From Heterodontus francisci (taxonomy: Eukaryota): a stretch of DNA of 64,000 nucleotides. Both the position numbers and the translations under genes were made by a program. How positions within the stretch are numbered: the first letter of the stretch is position 1; each line of letters opens with the position of its first letter. The notes beneath the pieces were generated by a model. The model made no database searches and was not told the DNA's origin. It was given only the letters and a program-made list of their open reading frames with translations. Below are positions 24,656 through 37,037 of the stretch, one piece after another. The stretch covers positions 496,001-560,000 of the forward strand of contig NW_027140807.1 of NCBI RefSeq assembly GCF_036365525.1, in the 5' to 3' direction.

Positions 24656-25017
24656 GTGAGGACTTCCAATNNNNNNNNNNNNNNNNNNNNNNNNNNNNNN
24701 NNNNNNNNNNNNNNNNNNNNNNNNNNNNNNNNNNNNNNNNNNNNNNNNNNNNNNNNNNNNNNNNNNNNNNNNNNNNNNNNNNNNNNNNNNNNNNNNNNNN
24801 NNNNNNNNNNNNNNNNNNNNNNNNNNNNNNNNNNNNNNNNNNNNNNNNNNNNNNNNNNNNNNNNNNNNNNNNNNNNNNNNNNNNNNNNNNNNNCTCACTC
24901 TCCCCCCCCCCCCCCCTCTCTCATGCAAAACATACACACACACACACTGACGGAATGTACATAATGATTAAGTTGGATTTTAGGGCGTGACTATGGTCTT
25001 TCTTGTCTGTCTTTCAG

Positions 25018-25046
25018 TGGAGCGGATACAGAGGCAACAGATTGTG
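25018..25046 (+). pseudogene. Short exon-3 remnant of the pseudo-C (VERIQRQQIV) lacking a TM helix
   Basis: Strong acceptor TGTCTTTCAG|; start resembles EAKIQ of the functional exon 3; possible phase-0 donor GTG|GTATGA. Confidence 0.45.
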
Positions 25047-25299
25047 GTATGAGAATTACCAGGACACTTTGATGAAGTGTTTAAAACGGACCACCACTTC
25101 TCTATTCTGTAAACTTCAATCCTCTCAGGTTTTAGGCCTCAGTGAGGCACATTCCCCCAGACATAGTGTGATCACTGAACCCAGTCCAATGTCACTGTGC
25201 ATGTGAATCGACAGTGAAACCACACTATTAGCACCACTGTCTCGACTGCAATCCATCTAGATCCTGCACCAAGGAGTCTGAATCGCCCTACCCTCTCAC

Positions 25300-26090
25300 A
25301 TGAGGACAGAATGAGCGATAGAGAAGGAGAATGAGAGAGATGTACCTATAGAGTAATAGAGAGAGTGTGAGGGGTGGAGGGACAGAGAGCGAGAAAGAAA
25401 AAGACAGAAGAGAGATATACAGAAAGTAAGACAAAGAGCTAGAGTGACAAAAACCAGTGAGGGAAATGCTGAGACAGTTGGAGACAGTGAGAGAAAGGGA
25501 TAGCTAAGGATAAGTTGTGTGTGTGAGAGAGAGTGAGAGATAAAAAGAGAGAGAGATGGATAAACATAGAGGACAGATACAGAGGAGAGAGAGAGGAGAG
25601 AGAGTCTGGGGAGATAAAATGAGAGAGAAAGGCAATTCGACAGAAATAAAGTGAAATTGAGATACGAGGGATGAACAGAGAGAGAGTGTGTCTGTATTAC
25701 ATACATTAAGAAGAAACAGTTTTGGGCAATGAAAGAGAGACAGGGTGAGAAAGGAAGATTGAGGCAGACAGAGAGAGGAAGAGAAAGAGAGAGAGAGAGA
25801 AGCATTTAAGGGAAAGACAGACAGACACAGAGACACAGAGAGAGGGAGACAGGGAACAGACAGAGAGAGAACCTAAGAGAGAGAAATAGACAGAGAGAAC
25901 ATGCGGGAGAGACGGTGATAGTGGGAGAGACAGGAAGAGAGAGGGAGAGAGAGGAGAGTACAACGGAGAGGCAGAGTGACACAGAGACACAGACAGAGAA
26001 AGGAACACATAGACAAAAAGAAAGAAAGCGAGAGACAGAGAGAGAAAGAGAGAGAGAGAGAGGGAGCGTTTAAGGGAGACAGAGAGAGAG
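25300..26090. repeat. GA-rich simple repeat
   Basis: Purine-rich low complexity. Confidence 0.9.
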
Positions 26091-26347
26091 CCCTACTCCC
26101 CCACCCTTTCCTCATCACCTTGCAAAATTTACTCTTTCAAGTCTTAATCCAATTGTCCACTTTTTCAGGCATTGCTTTCCAGATGACAGCAACGCTCTGA
26201 GTTTAAGAAAAACTCACCCTTTCCTCTGGATCTTTTAAAATGCCATGAAATGTGTTTCCACTGACTCGAAATCCTTCCCAGGGCATTGTGTAAGAAATAT
26301 TCCATGACTGACTCAATCTTTTTCCTTCCTTTTTTTTCCCCTTCCAG

Positions 26348-26380
26348 ATTTCGGGAAAGTTGACGAAAAGTTTCGATTAA
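26348..26380 (+). pseudogene. Cytoplasmic exon of the pseudo-C (ISGKLTKSFD*)
   Basis: Long polypyrimidine tract then CCAG|, phase 0, ending K-x-F-D-stop like TSYSKRFD* of the functional C; AATAAA at 26764. Confidence 0.75.
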
Positions 26381-27239
26381 CTAAGCCGGGGCCAAAAACT
26401 CTGCAACAGGGCACGCGTCACAACATATCCTGAAAAAATATAGGAAAGGAGGAGGAGGCTATTGGGTCATATCCCTGTCATTGATATGTTGTCATTTTCT
26501 ATTGGTTAGTAACAGTTTGGCAACTGGCAAAACCCATTAGGTCTTTTAGAGGATTTGGATTATAACATAATTAAAATTTATGTCTCAATTTCTATTCAAT
26601 TCATTTAACCACTTGTCAGCTGGTTAGCTGAGCTGGTTAAGCTACTTTAACTAGTTGAGATGTCTCCTGTCCATCTTTGACCCGTTTGCACACTGAGCTT
26701 TATTTCTTTAAGTTGAGCTTCTTCATGATGCACCCTTCTCTCTCTTGTGACATCAAGCAGGCTAATAAAAAGATCTGTGGAAATGATACGCTGTGGTTTT
26801 AACTCTGCTTTTCGCACCTTTACACAACATTTCACCAGGCATTGCAGTTCGCCAGCTCGCAGGAGAAAATACAAAACAGATACTGAGCAGAAAACAACAT
26901 GAGAAACACACAGCAGGAACAGAGTCGAAAGGGGCTCCTGAGGATGGGAGGAAATAACACGGCGGGCACATCAGCATTTTGGAGGAGTTTAGGATGGAGG
27001 GTCAATCGGGAATGTTAACAAGGGATGCTGGGTGGGTGCCCAGCACAGCTTTTTGTTTGACCGACTGGCTTGCCCAGTCATTTCAGAGTCAGCCACATTG
27101 TTGCAGGAATGGAGTCACCTTTTAGGCCAGGCCGGTTAAAGATGACAGATTTCCTACTCTCAGTGAGAGATGGGTTTTTCAGGCAATCCAGTAGTTTTCA
27201 TGCTCACCATGACTGAGACCAGCTTTTTATCATTTTTAA

Positions 27240-27635
27240 ATTCGTTCATAGGATGTGGCGTCGCTGGCCAGGCCAGCATTTATTGCCCATCTCTAATTGC
27301 CCTTGAGAAGGTGGTGGTGAGCTGCCTTCTTGAACCACTGCAGTCCATGTGTGGTAGTTACATCCACAGTGCTGTTAGGAAGGGAGTTCAGGATTTTGAC
27401 CCAGCGACAGTGAAGGAACGGCGATATAGTTCCAAGTCAGGATGGTGTGTGACTTGGAGGGGAGCTTGCAGGTGGTGGTGTCCCGATGCATCTGCTGCCC
27501 TTGTCATTCTAGTTGGTAGAGGTCGCGAGTTTGGAAGGTGCTGTCTAAGGAGACTTTGTGCATTGCTACAGTGCATCTTGTAGATGGTACACACTGCTGC
27601 CACTGTGCATCGGTGGTGGAGGGAGTGAATGTTTA
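27240..27635 (-). mobile_element. LINE 3' fragment (ORF2 C-terminus and 3' UTR)
   Basis: Minus strand reads RRSFTVAGSKS, then WNSLP-like sequence. The same UTR (GGCCAGCATTT..GCCCATC..AATTGCCCTT) recurs at ~50150, ~57650 and ~59770. Confidence 0.65.
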
Positions 27636-27879
27636 TCTAACTAAGTGAACGTACATTATCCACCTTGCTGGGATTCGAATTCACGTCACCAAGATATTAG
27701 CCCAGGCCTTTAGATTACTAGCCCAGTAACGTAACACTTTGCTACCTTACACTTCAACCTTCTTTTGAGCCTCAGCCCTAGGAGTGGAAAATACAAATGT
27801 GGGCGGGTTTCTACGTGTGATTCACTCACTGTTAAACCCTCACACCAGCCTGTTTTTCTTTCTTAAGCTGTTTAAACGT

Positions 27880-27930
27880 TTGCAGCTGCACTCTGATAAC
27901 CGCACATCCTGACTGCGTGTTTCCTGTCTC
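27880..27930. promoter_or_regulatory. Candidate enhancer module (E-box, GATA, RUNX, ETS)
   Basis: CAGCTG 27883, TGATAA 27894, AACCGCA 27898, ACATCCTG 27904 and TTTCCTG 27920 within 50 bp, downstream of C-beta. Confidence 0.4.
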
Positions 27931-28876
27931 TGTGTCTCTCTGTATAATTCGATTCTGCTGCTGTGTTGTTCTGACAAAGTCTTTCCACAAAAAAACATGG
28001 AAAGAAAGCAGTACAGAGGAATTTGCAGGTAGTTAGGGCGACGAATTGAATTAACAGGGGAGATAGGAGGAGTTGCACTAGCTGGGTTGATCTTGCAGAG
28101 AGCTGGAATTGACTCGATGGGCCAAATGGCCTCGTTCTGTACTGTAACCAGTCTCTGATTCTATGATAGATTCCCTGTGGTCGGAGAATCTGAAAATATA
28201 TTTGATCAGTCAATCAAGTGTGAAGGAAATGCAACACCCAAGATGTTTACATTGCTGACTCTTTATTCCCTCAGGTATAGAAGATTAAACGGTGATCTGA
28301 CTGAGGTGTTTAAAATGACTGAATGTGTTGATAGAATAGATAGAGATAAACTATATCCTGTTGTTGGGGGCGGGGCACGGGGGCAGAACAAGTTGGTTTA
28401 AACCCAAACATCGAGCCAGGCTATTCAGGAGTGATGTCAGGAAGCATTTCTTCACACAAAGGGACGTGGAAATCTGTTTCCTGTGTGCAGATTAGTGTTT
28501 GTAAGGTCAATAAAATTTTGCACGAATGGTGTGGTAGTGATTCCTTTAGAAGAACAACACTTTATCTTTAAGACAAGCAGTTAAACTATAAATGTATGTG
28601 CAAGAGTAGCATTTACCCCCACATCACGGTATTGTTTTTCATTACACCTCTGTTCATTNNNNNNNNNNNNNNNNNNNNNNNNNNNNNNNNNNNNNNNNNN
28701 NNNNNNNNNNNNNNNNNNNNNNNNNNNNNNNNNNNNNNNNNNNNNNNNNNNNNNNNNNNNNNNNNNNNNNNNNNNNNNNNNNNNNNNNNNNNNNNNNNNN
28801 NNNNNNNNNNNNNNNNNNNNNNNNNNNNNNNNNNNNNNNNNNNNNNNNNNNNNNNNNNNNNNNNNNNNNNNNNNNN

Positions 28877-29775
28877 CTATCTGTCTCCCTCCCTATCTGT
28901 CTGTCTATGGCTATCTAATTATCTGTCTGTCTACCTATTTCACTCTCTATATAGAATCTTTATCCATCAATATTTATCTACAAATCTATCTGTTGATCCC
29001 TCTGTCTATCTATTCTCTAAACCACCTGCAGAACTCCCAATTCATTTCTTTCACTCTCTCTATCCAGTTATTTATCTATCTGTCTAGCCATCTCTCTATC
29101 AATCTGTCTATCTATTTCTCTATCTATTGATCCCTTTATCCAACTGTATCTCTATCTATCTTATATGCCTATATATATATCTATACCTGCATTGCTCGAT
29201 CTTTCTATTTAGTTCTCTATCATTATCTACCCACATATCACTCGATCTATCTATTGCTCTCTCCATCCATCACTTTCTTTCTTTATATCCAACTATCTAC
29301 CTATCCATTTATTCCAACAGTTCATCTATCCATTTATTCATAACTTTCTTTAACTAACTATTTACCCAACACTCTGTCTATCTATTGATACCTCTATCCA
29401 TCTATTTCGTTATATCCATCTATCTCTTCATCTCGATTTCTCTCCCTGTATCTCCCTCTCTATCTATTGATATCTCTATCTATTGACTTTTCTGTCCATC
29501 TATATCTCCTATATGTCTATATAGGTCTATATGATCTGATATGATATGCCTATATATGTCTCTAGAGATCGATCTTTCTATCTAACGCCCTATCTCTCTC
29601 TTAGTATCTATCTATCTACCACTTTATCAATTGATGTCTCCATCCAACTCTCTTTATATCTATCAATAGCTTTCTATATTTATATCTATCTATCAATCCC
29701 TTTCTACCTATCAGTCAATCCTTGTCTATCTATCCATCTAACTCTCTATCCGTCTATCCATCTATCTATCTATTT
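28877..29775. repeat. (CTAT)n / (TCTA)n degenerate microsatellite
   Basis: Directly visible tetranucleotide repeat. Confidence 0.9.
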
Positions 29776-30384
29776 TTCTGTACACCAGATTGACATTGGA
29801 CTCTCATTGACAGGACCTGCATATAAGATCACAGACAGCAGGTGGCAGCAGAGATCAACATTTCATCCAATTCCATCATCCTGAGCTCCAGTGAGAAAGA
29901 CAGGATGGAGGAAGGACAGGGGGCAGGAAAAAAGAAAGTTTGTTTGGGTGAAAAAGGGGGAAAAAAGAGATTGAAAGAACGTGACGAGAAAAGAGAGAAG
30001 AACTGCAAGAGAAATCCAAGGAAAGAGAAGAGTTTAGGAAAAAGGGGGCGGGAAGGAATGAGAAAGTAGAGAAAGAAAAAGAGAAGGGAAAGAAAATGGA
30101 GAGAAGAAATCAGAACAAGAAAGAAAGACAGAGAGGAAGAGAGATAGAGAGAAAGAAAGATAAACAATAAAGGAGAGGAGTAGATTGAAAGGAATGACAA
30201 AAGGTAGAAAATTGGTCGATACAATAACAGAAAGTTTGATTGGATGAAATAAAAAAATTGATGGAAGAAAAGAATTAAAGAAAGGATAAAAGAATGATGG
30301 GGAGGAAGAAAGATAATTAAAATAAGGAACTGAAGACTGAAAGCATAACTAAATGAATGATATAAAAATGCTGAAGAAGGAAAT

Positions 30385-30710
30385 TCAGCTGCAATAGGCA
30401 TCACAGACTTTGCTGCACTGACCCAGCAGCCACATTTCCTCTGCATGGAGGGGGCAGGTGCACGGGGCCCAGAGACAGCGTCTCACCCAGTAGGAAATGA
30501 GACAAACATGGGCTCAATCTGCCAGCCTCTGAGCGGAGAGCACAGCAACAATAACAGGTGGCACTTTCCGTTAAACCACAGGGTGAAACTCGGGCGCAAT
30601 GACCTACTTTACAAACCGTGCAGCGCGCCTGCATGCAGAAAGCTGAGCTGCACCATTTGAAAGTTCACATCCCACGGCCTCCGTTTGATATCTTTCCGTG
30701 CAGCTGCACA
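30385..30710. promoter_or_regulatory. Candidate TRB 3' enhancer (E-beta-like) island
   Basis: Unique island between simple repeats. It carries a RUNX-ETS composite AGCCACATTTCCT (30428-40), CAGGTG at 30455 and 30555, AACCACA at 30574 and two CAGCTG. Confidence 0.45.
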
Positions 30711-31029
30711 ATGTTATTTTCCAGCTCCAGTCTTGTTTTGAGTTAATATTTTCCGGAGGAAATGACACTGTAACCGAATTTTAAAGTCACAGCACATTAT
30801 CGCTCCGGTTCACTCAAGCAGGCAATCACTTTAACAAGCAAAATGTTTACCCCCATACAGTATGTAAGATTTCAGTGAACGTTTGGCCGACTCTGCTCTG
30901 TCTCATTGATATTTTCCAGTGTTACTGCTGAAATTTTTGCATTTCGGGTTGTTTTTTTTATATATGGAGAATTGGAACGGGGAGTGAGCAAGTACTGGGA
31001 AAAAAGGGGAAGGGATGTGATTCGAGACC

Positions 31030-31745
31030 AGATTGTGTGTGTGAGAGAAAGAGCTAGGGAGAGCTGGGGAGAGAGACAAAGAGAGGGAGAGGGTGAGGGG
31101 AAGAGGGGGCAAGGGAGCGAGAGAGAGAGATAAACAAACAGAGGGGGCAAGATATGGAGAGAGAGAAAGACAGAGGGAAAGAGAGGGGAAGGGATGGAGA
31201 GAGAGAAAGACAGAGGGAAAGAGAAGGGAAGCGATGGAGAGAGAGAAAGACAGAGGGAAAGAGAGGGGAAGGGATGGAGAGAGACAAATAGACAGACAGG
31301 ATAGAATATGGAGAGAAAGACAGGCAGCGAGAGAGAGAGAGGGTTACAGAGAGACAGAAAGGCAGACAATGAAAAATACTGAGGAGTCAGCAACTTGGAA
31401 AACGGTAAGCGAGGTGATAGAGAGAGAGGGGGAGGGGAGAGAGAGAGACAAACATGGTGAGTGATGGGGAATTAAGCAGGCAGCGCACAGGAAGAGGAAG
31501 AAATGGGATAGAAAGGAAAAGAGGTAGGGGAATGGCTGTATAAGAGATACAGAGAGAAAGAAGGGATAAATGAAAGATACAGGGAGAGAAAAATAGAAAG
31601 AGAGAGGGAGAATGATAGTGGGGAATAGAAAAAGAGAGAAAGATGCAGGGCATAGAGAAAGGCAGGGGACGTATGGAGACAGAGAACTGGTGAGATAGAG
31701 AGACCAGGAGCTAGAATAGTGGGTAGATAGAGCTGACAAAAAAGA
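31030..31745. repeat. GA-rich simple repeat
   Basis: Purine-rich low complexity with short tandem duplications. Confidence 0.9.
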
Positions 31746-33456
31746 GTTTCCTATTACCAAAAATGCAACGCTTGTAGCCTTCGAAAGCTGGTTTAAAGAT
31801 TGACTCGATATCTACGTACATCAATCAGCCTGATAATGAAGGTATCTTTCAATGTCTGTAGCCAGTGAGAATGGGTTCATATTCCTGAGATGCAGGTCAG
31901 TGTGCACTGTTAGCCATCAGGAAAGAATGAACAGGCTGGGACACTTTTCTGTTGAATGAAGAAAGCTGAGGGGTGACCTGATAGACGTCTTTAGGCTTAC
32001 GAAGGGGTTTGATAGGGGAGATGGGGCCATAAATATAAGACACATCACTATTGAATCCAATCAGGAGAGACTTCTTTACCCAGAGAGTGGTGGGAACGTG
32101 GAACTCGCTACCACTGTAAGAAGAATAGCATCGATGCCTTTAAGGGGAAGTTGGGAAACCACTTGAAAGAGAACGGAATGGAAGGAGATGTGCTGGGGTG
32201 AGATGAAGCGTGGGTGGGAGGAGGCTCATGTGGAGCTGAAACACTGGCATGGACCAGACGGGCTGAATGGCCTGTTTCTGTGCTGAAATCTCTATGGAGC
32301 TGGGGTGCAGTTCAGACAAGGTCTCACTGAATGGCAGAACAGATGCGAGGATCAAAATGGCTCCCCTCTTGTTCCTAGGTTTCTATGAACACAGCCTGGG
32401 TCTGGTGCAGTTAAACACAGAGGTGACTGGCTCGATCCCTCCCCAACAGCATTCCTCAGTAACCCCATAGGGCAGAAGGGAGACAGCAGCCACCTGTCAT
32501 TACCCATCTCCCACGTGGACAATCCCTTGGCGACTGTGAGCGCCATTGCCCGCTCAGAGCAAACCATTTACAAAGGAGGGGTGCAGCGTCCTGGGTGCCA
32601 AAGCCGGGGATGAAATTGCCCAAATCTAGAACTGTCTGGTAAAGCACTCATCGGTGAAATTGCTTGGAAGGACAGCATTGTGGTAGGAATGCGCTGGGCT
32701 CATAATCCCAAGATATGAGTTCAAATCCCATCATGGTCGCTGGGGAATTTCAAATCAGCTAATTAGCTCAAAATGTGCAATAAATAGCTAACATCAGCAA
32801 TGGCGACCTTGAAACTGCGAGAGATTTGTATCAAACTCCATCTGGTTAACTCATGTTCTTTTGGGGTGGAAATCTGCAGCCGTTACCCGGCCTGGCCTAC
32901 ATGCAACTCCAGACCCACAGCAATGTGGTTGACTCATAACCGCTCTCTGAAATGGCCTAGAAAGACATTCATTTGTATTCAGGAAAGTAGTACATCGACA
33001 CCTTCTCAGTGGCTGTCAGGGATGGGTTACACATAGCAACAGGGAAACAGGAGACTATTTAGCCCACTCGAAGCTGCCACGTAGAGCGAGGAAGCGATTC
33101 TGCCCTCTCACGCCTGTTGCATAGAATTGGGTGGAGGAGGTCATTCAAACCAGGAGAGCCTGTTGCATTGCAACAGGAGGAGTCCAATTCAGCCCCTCGA
33201 GCCTATTACATAGGCATAGTGTGAGGAGTCCATTAAACCCCGGCACATGTTCCGCCATTCAATTAGATCATGGAAGATCTGCACACCAACCCTATTTCCC
33301 CATCTTTGCTCAATATCCCTTGATCCCGTTACCCAATAAAATTCATCTAATGCCTACCTGCATATTTTAATGTTGTTTGGAAATGTTGTGCCAAGCGCGT
33401 GGGGTAAAACTGAAATAATAGTGGAGAGAAACGGTTTTCTTTGTCGAAATATTCTA

Positions 33457-33462
33457 TTTATT
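33457..33462 (-). terminator. Candidate polyadenylation signal of TRBC
   Basis: AATAAA on the minus strand ~775 nt after the stop codon; an ATTAAA alternative lies at 33983-88. Confidence 0.45.
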
Positions 33463-34236
33463 TCTTAACCAGTGAACAAGAAAAGAAAAAAAATATAGAA
33501 GATCACAAGCGAGCTGTCGATACTGGATCCACTGAGAACCCCACGACAAATAATGGACAATTATGAGCGCATTTTCCATCTGCAATCGATGAGGTGTCTG
33601 ATACAAATAGTAATAACATTATTGCATTAACAGAAAAGGGAAAAAAGACATTGATAGTTGCACTAAACAGAACTTGAAGTTACAATTTGTTTACTACTGC
33701 TTAATATTATACACAGCTTTACTAGAATTGCACGGAATGAGGGACTTAAGTTTCATGGAGAGATCAGCAAAGCTGGAATTGATCGCCTCGGCATTAACAA
33801 CTGGCTTTTTCAAAGAGCTAGCACTTGCACGATGGGCCAAGTGGCCTCCTTTCGTCCTGTAAGGTTGTATGTTTCTTTATAACGTTTCAAACAACACAGA
33901 CTAACAATTAATAAACAGACAAAATAAACTGGAAAAAAAGTTTGCACGTTTCTCAAAGCTTCACCTACTTAGAAAACAGGAATTTAATACATTGACGAGA
34001 ACATGAAAGGACTTATTCTAGTGGAAAAGACAGACTGGGGCTTAAAATTTCCTCTGTTCGTTTCCCGCAGTGGTGATGGGTATTTAGGGTTGTCCGCCAA
34101 AGTTACGCGAGGACAGCGGGAGTGTTTTAGACGAAATTCACCCCCGAGATATTCACAATAATCGTATTTTCTCTCCCCTTGCTCCCTCGTGTGTTCTGCT
34201 GCTTATCCATCTTTTGAGTTCATTAATTTGCGACGA

Positions 34237-34263
34237 TCAGTCAAACCTTTTGCTGTAAGACGT
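34237..34263 (-). CDS. TRBC: TRBC exon 4, cytoplasmic tail (TSYSKRFD*)
   Basis: Acceptor ATACCAG|, phase 0 matching the exon 3 donor, TGA stop. Confidence 0.88.
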   Translation of the reverse strand, partial: TSYSKRFD

Positions 34264-35208
34264 CTGGTATATGATAAAAAAAAGAGGGCGTTATTATCGT
34301 CATGGAATTATGGACTGATGCAGAACAGAAGGAGGCCATTCGTCCCGCGTGCCTATACTGGCATTTTGAAAGAGCTGTCCAATTAGTCCCATTTCACAGT
34401 TCTTTCCCCTATAGCCCTGAGACTATTCCCTCCCCCACTACCTCCACCCCCTCAAACAAGTATTCATCCAATTCCCTCTTGAAAGTTACTACTGAATCAG
34501 CTTCCACCGCCCTTTCAGCCAGTGCATTCTCAACCACAACAACTCGCTGGCTCAAAATATATTTCTCACCTGCCCCTCTGCTCCCTTGGCTAATCACCTT
34601 ACAGCTGTGTCCTTGGTTGGGCAATCCTGCTGCCTCTTTGAAGCTGTTACCCCATTCATTGTCCTATCCAAACCATTCATCATTGTGCACACCTCTATTA
34701 AATCTCTCCTTAACCTTCCCTGATCCAAGGAGAACAATCCCAACTTCCGTATTCTCCTCACATCACTGAGGTCCCTCAACACTGTTACCGTTCAAGTAAA
34801 TCGCCCCTTCACCCTCTCCAATGACTCGACATCACTGTCCTGAGCAGATCATCATGTGCATGAATAATCGAGACGAACCATGCACATGCTCTTTCCTGCT
34901 CATGCATTCCTAACCTTGCATATAAAGTCTTGTAAAATCACAATAAGTTCAATTATTTTCCAAGGGAAATTCCAGAACATTGACAATTGTGTTCAACTGG
35001 ATTAAATTGGTTGGTTAGTGTTGTGGGCGCTGGAATGAATGGAAAGTGAATTGGTGTATTCCATCTGCGTGCAATAGGAATGCAAAACTAGGGCTCGTGA
35101 ATATCGGATAGTCACTCGTAATTTCAGTCTGGAATTCAGGAGAAACTTCTTTACCCAGTTTCACCATGACAATACCAAGATTAAGGACTTCAGTAAGTTT
35201 AATCTTAC

Positions 35209-35315
35209 CTTAGTTTTCCAAGCAATTGTTGAGATGAAAATTGCATAAAAGATGCTTTTGCAGATGAGGATCAGGTATGTCAGTTTTGCTGTTGCCATGC
35301 TTTGGATTTTCGCCT
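35209..35315 (-). CDS. TRBC: TRBC exon 3, connecting peptide and transmembrane (EAKIQSMATAKLTYLILICKSIFYAIFISTIAWKTK)
   Basis: TTTTACAG| ... AAG|GTAAG; TM helix with the CD3-binding Lys and antigen-receptor TM motif tyrosines (YLILICKSIFY). Confidence 0.95.
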
Positions 35316-36696
35316 CTGTAAAATAAATGTAACAGAAAATGTTGCAATCTCTGTTCTCTCAAGGCAAGAAATGCTACTGCGTGAAAATGTAATGTGTGTC
35401 AGTGAAGGAGCCCAATGTCAGGGTCGAGCTGCGAAAGCAGAACTGATCTCCCTTTGACGCAAGGAGCCCTGGGGTATTCCTTACTACAAATGGAGTTCAG
35501 CAATATGGCCGATCTGAATTGGGGCCGCTGTAACTTATGTGTCAGCTATGGCTCACGTATGTATCAGCTCTAGCTGAGTGGGTAACGCTCTCCTGTCTGA
35601 GTCGTACGATTGTGGGTTCAAGACCCAGTCCAAAGACATGAACCCCATAATCCAGACTGACTCTCCCAGTGCCAGTAGACAGCGTGTGTGCTGCACTGCA
35701 ACTTTGGAGGAACCTTCTTTGAGATGATGCGTTAAACTAATTTAACCTCTGGGAAGTGGAACTGTCCCTTTTATCTCCACGCCAGATTCACACTATGAAC
35801 TCCCAAGGAATTGTAAGTTTTAAGACAAGTGTACACAGCTCCCTCCCCTCCCATCCCCAGGCGTCCCCTCTCCCTCATCACAGGGCAACATATTTCCCTG
35901 AGGTCGTGAACCCAAGAGGACCGTGAGGTTATATCATTCGACTCGGCTGGTCTCGAAATTCCAACGGCCTTTCCCTCCCAGAGGAGTTTTCTCATAAACT
36001 CGTTGTGCATGATAGTATGTATAACTGTAAAACTACAGCTTGGAAATGTTGAAATGAGTATATACATGAAATGTCTGACACAGTAATAATTCCAGAATTA
36101 TTGGTGAATATTTTTTGAGTCATGGAGTCATTACAGCACAGAAAGAGGTCATTCGGCCCATCGAGTCCATGCAGGATCTCTCTAGAGCAATCCAATCAGT
36201 CCAGCTCTCCCCTTCCATCCCCATTGCCCTGCAAGTTAATTACCCTCAACAGTCCGTCCAGTTTCCTTATGAAATCATTCATTATCTCCATTTCCACCAC
36301 CCTCGTAGACAGTGACTTCCAGGTCATTACCACTCGCTGCATGAAACACTTCTTCCTCACATCCAACCCCCCCCACCCCGCCCCCACTGCATCTTTTTCC
36401 CAAAGCCTGAAAACTGTGACCCCTCCCCCCCAGTCCTTGTGCCAGCAACTCATGGGGACAACTTTTCTTTGTCTACCCATTGTAAACCTGTCATAATCTT
36501 GTACAACTCTGTCAAATAGCCCCTCAATCTCCTTTTCTCCAAGGAGAACAACCCAGGTTCTCCAATGTAACTTTGTAGCTAAAATTCCTCATCTCTGGAA
36601 CCATTGTGGTAAATCTCCTCTGCACCCTCTCAAGGACCTTCACCTCCTTTACAAAGTGTGGAGACCAGATACAGATAGAAGCAGATAGATATTCAC

Positions 36697-36717
36697 CTTT
36701 ACTTATACCGCACATTT
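36697..36717 (-). CDS. TRBC: TRBC exon 2, hinge with interchain Cys (EMCGISK)
   Basis: TTTTCCCAG| 21 nt |GTGAAT, phase 1-1. Confidence 0.9.
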
Positions 36718-37037
36718 CTGGGAAAAGAAAGAAAAATCAATAAACATTCAGCATCAGAATATTTTATGAAATCACTGTGTAAATGTAGATTATCACAATT
36801 GAGTCCCGCACTGTAGTCTATTATATTGAGAGTCATTTTAATCGAGTGTTTAACCATATCTTCCCCTTTACACTACAATATTGTTCTATTTCATGAATTA
36901 TTTAATTATTTATTGACTTACTGATACATCTACTTGCTTATTCGTACTTTCATAAGAGCACAGGTGCGATATAAATGCAACTTTCTGATTTCTTTGAAGC
37001 TGAAATAAAATGGTATTGGTCTCACTAGTGTGCCTAC

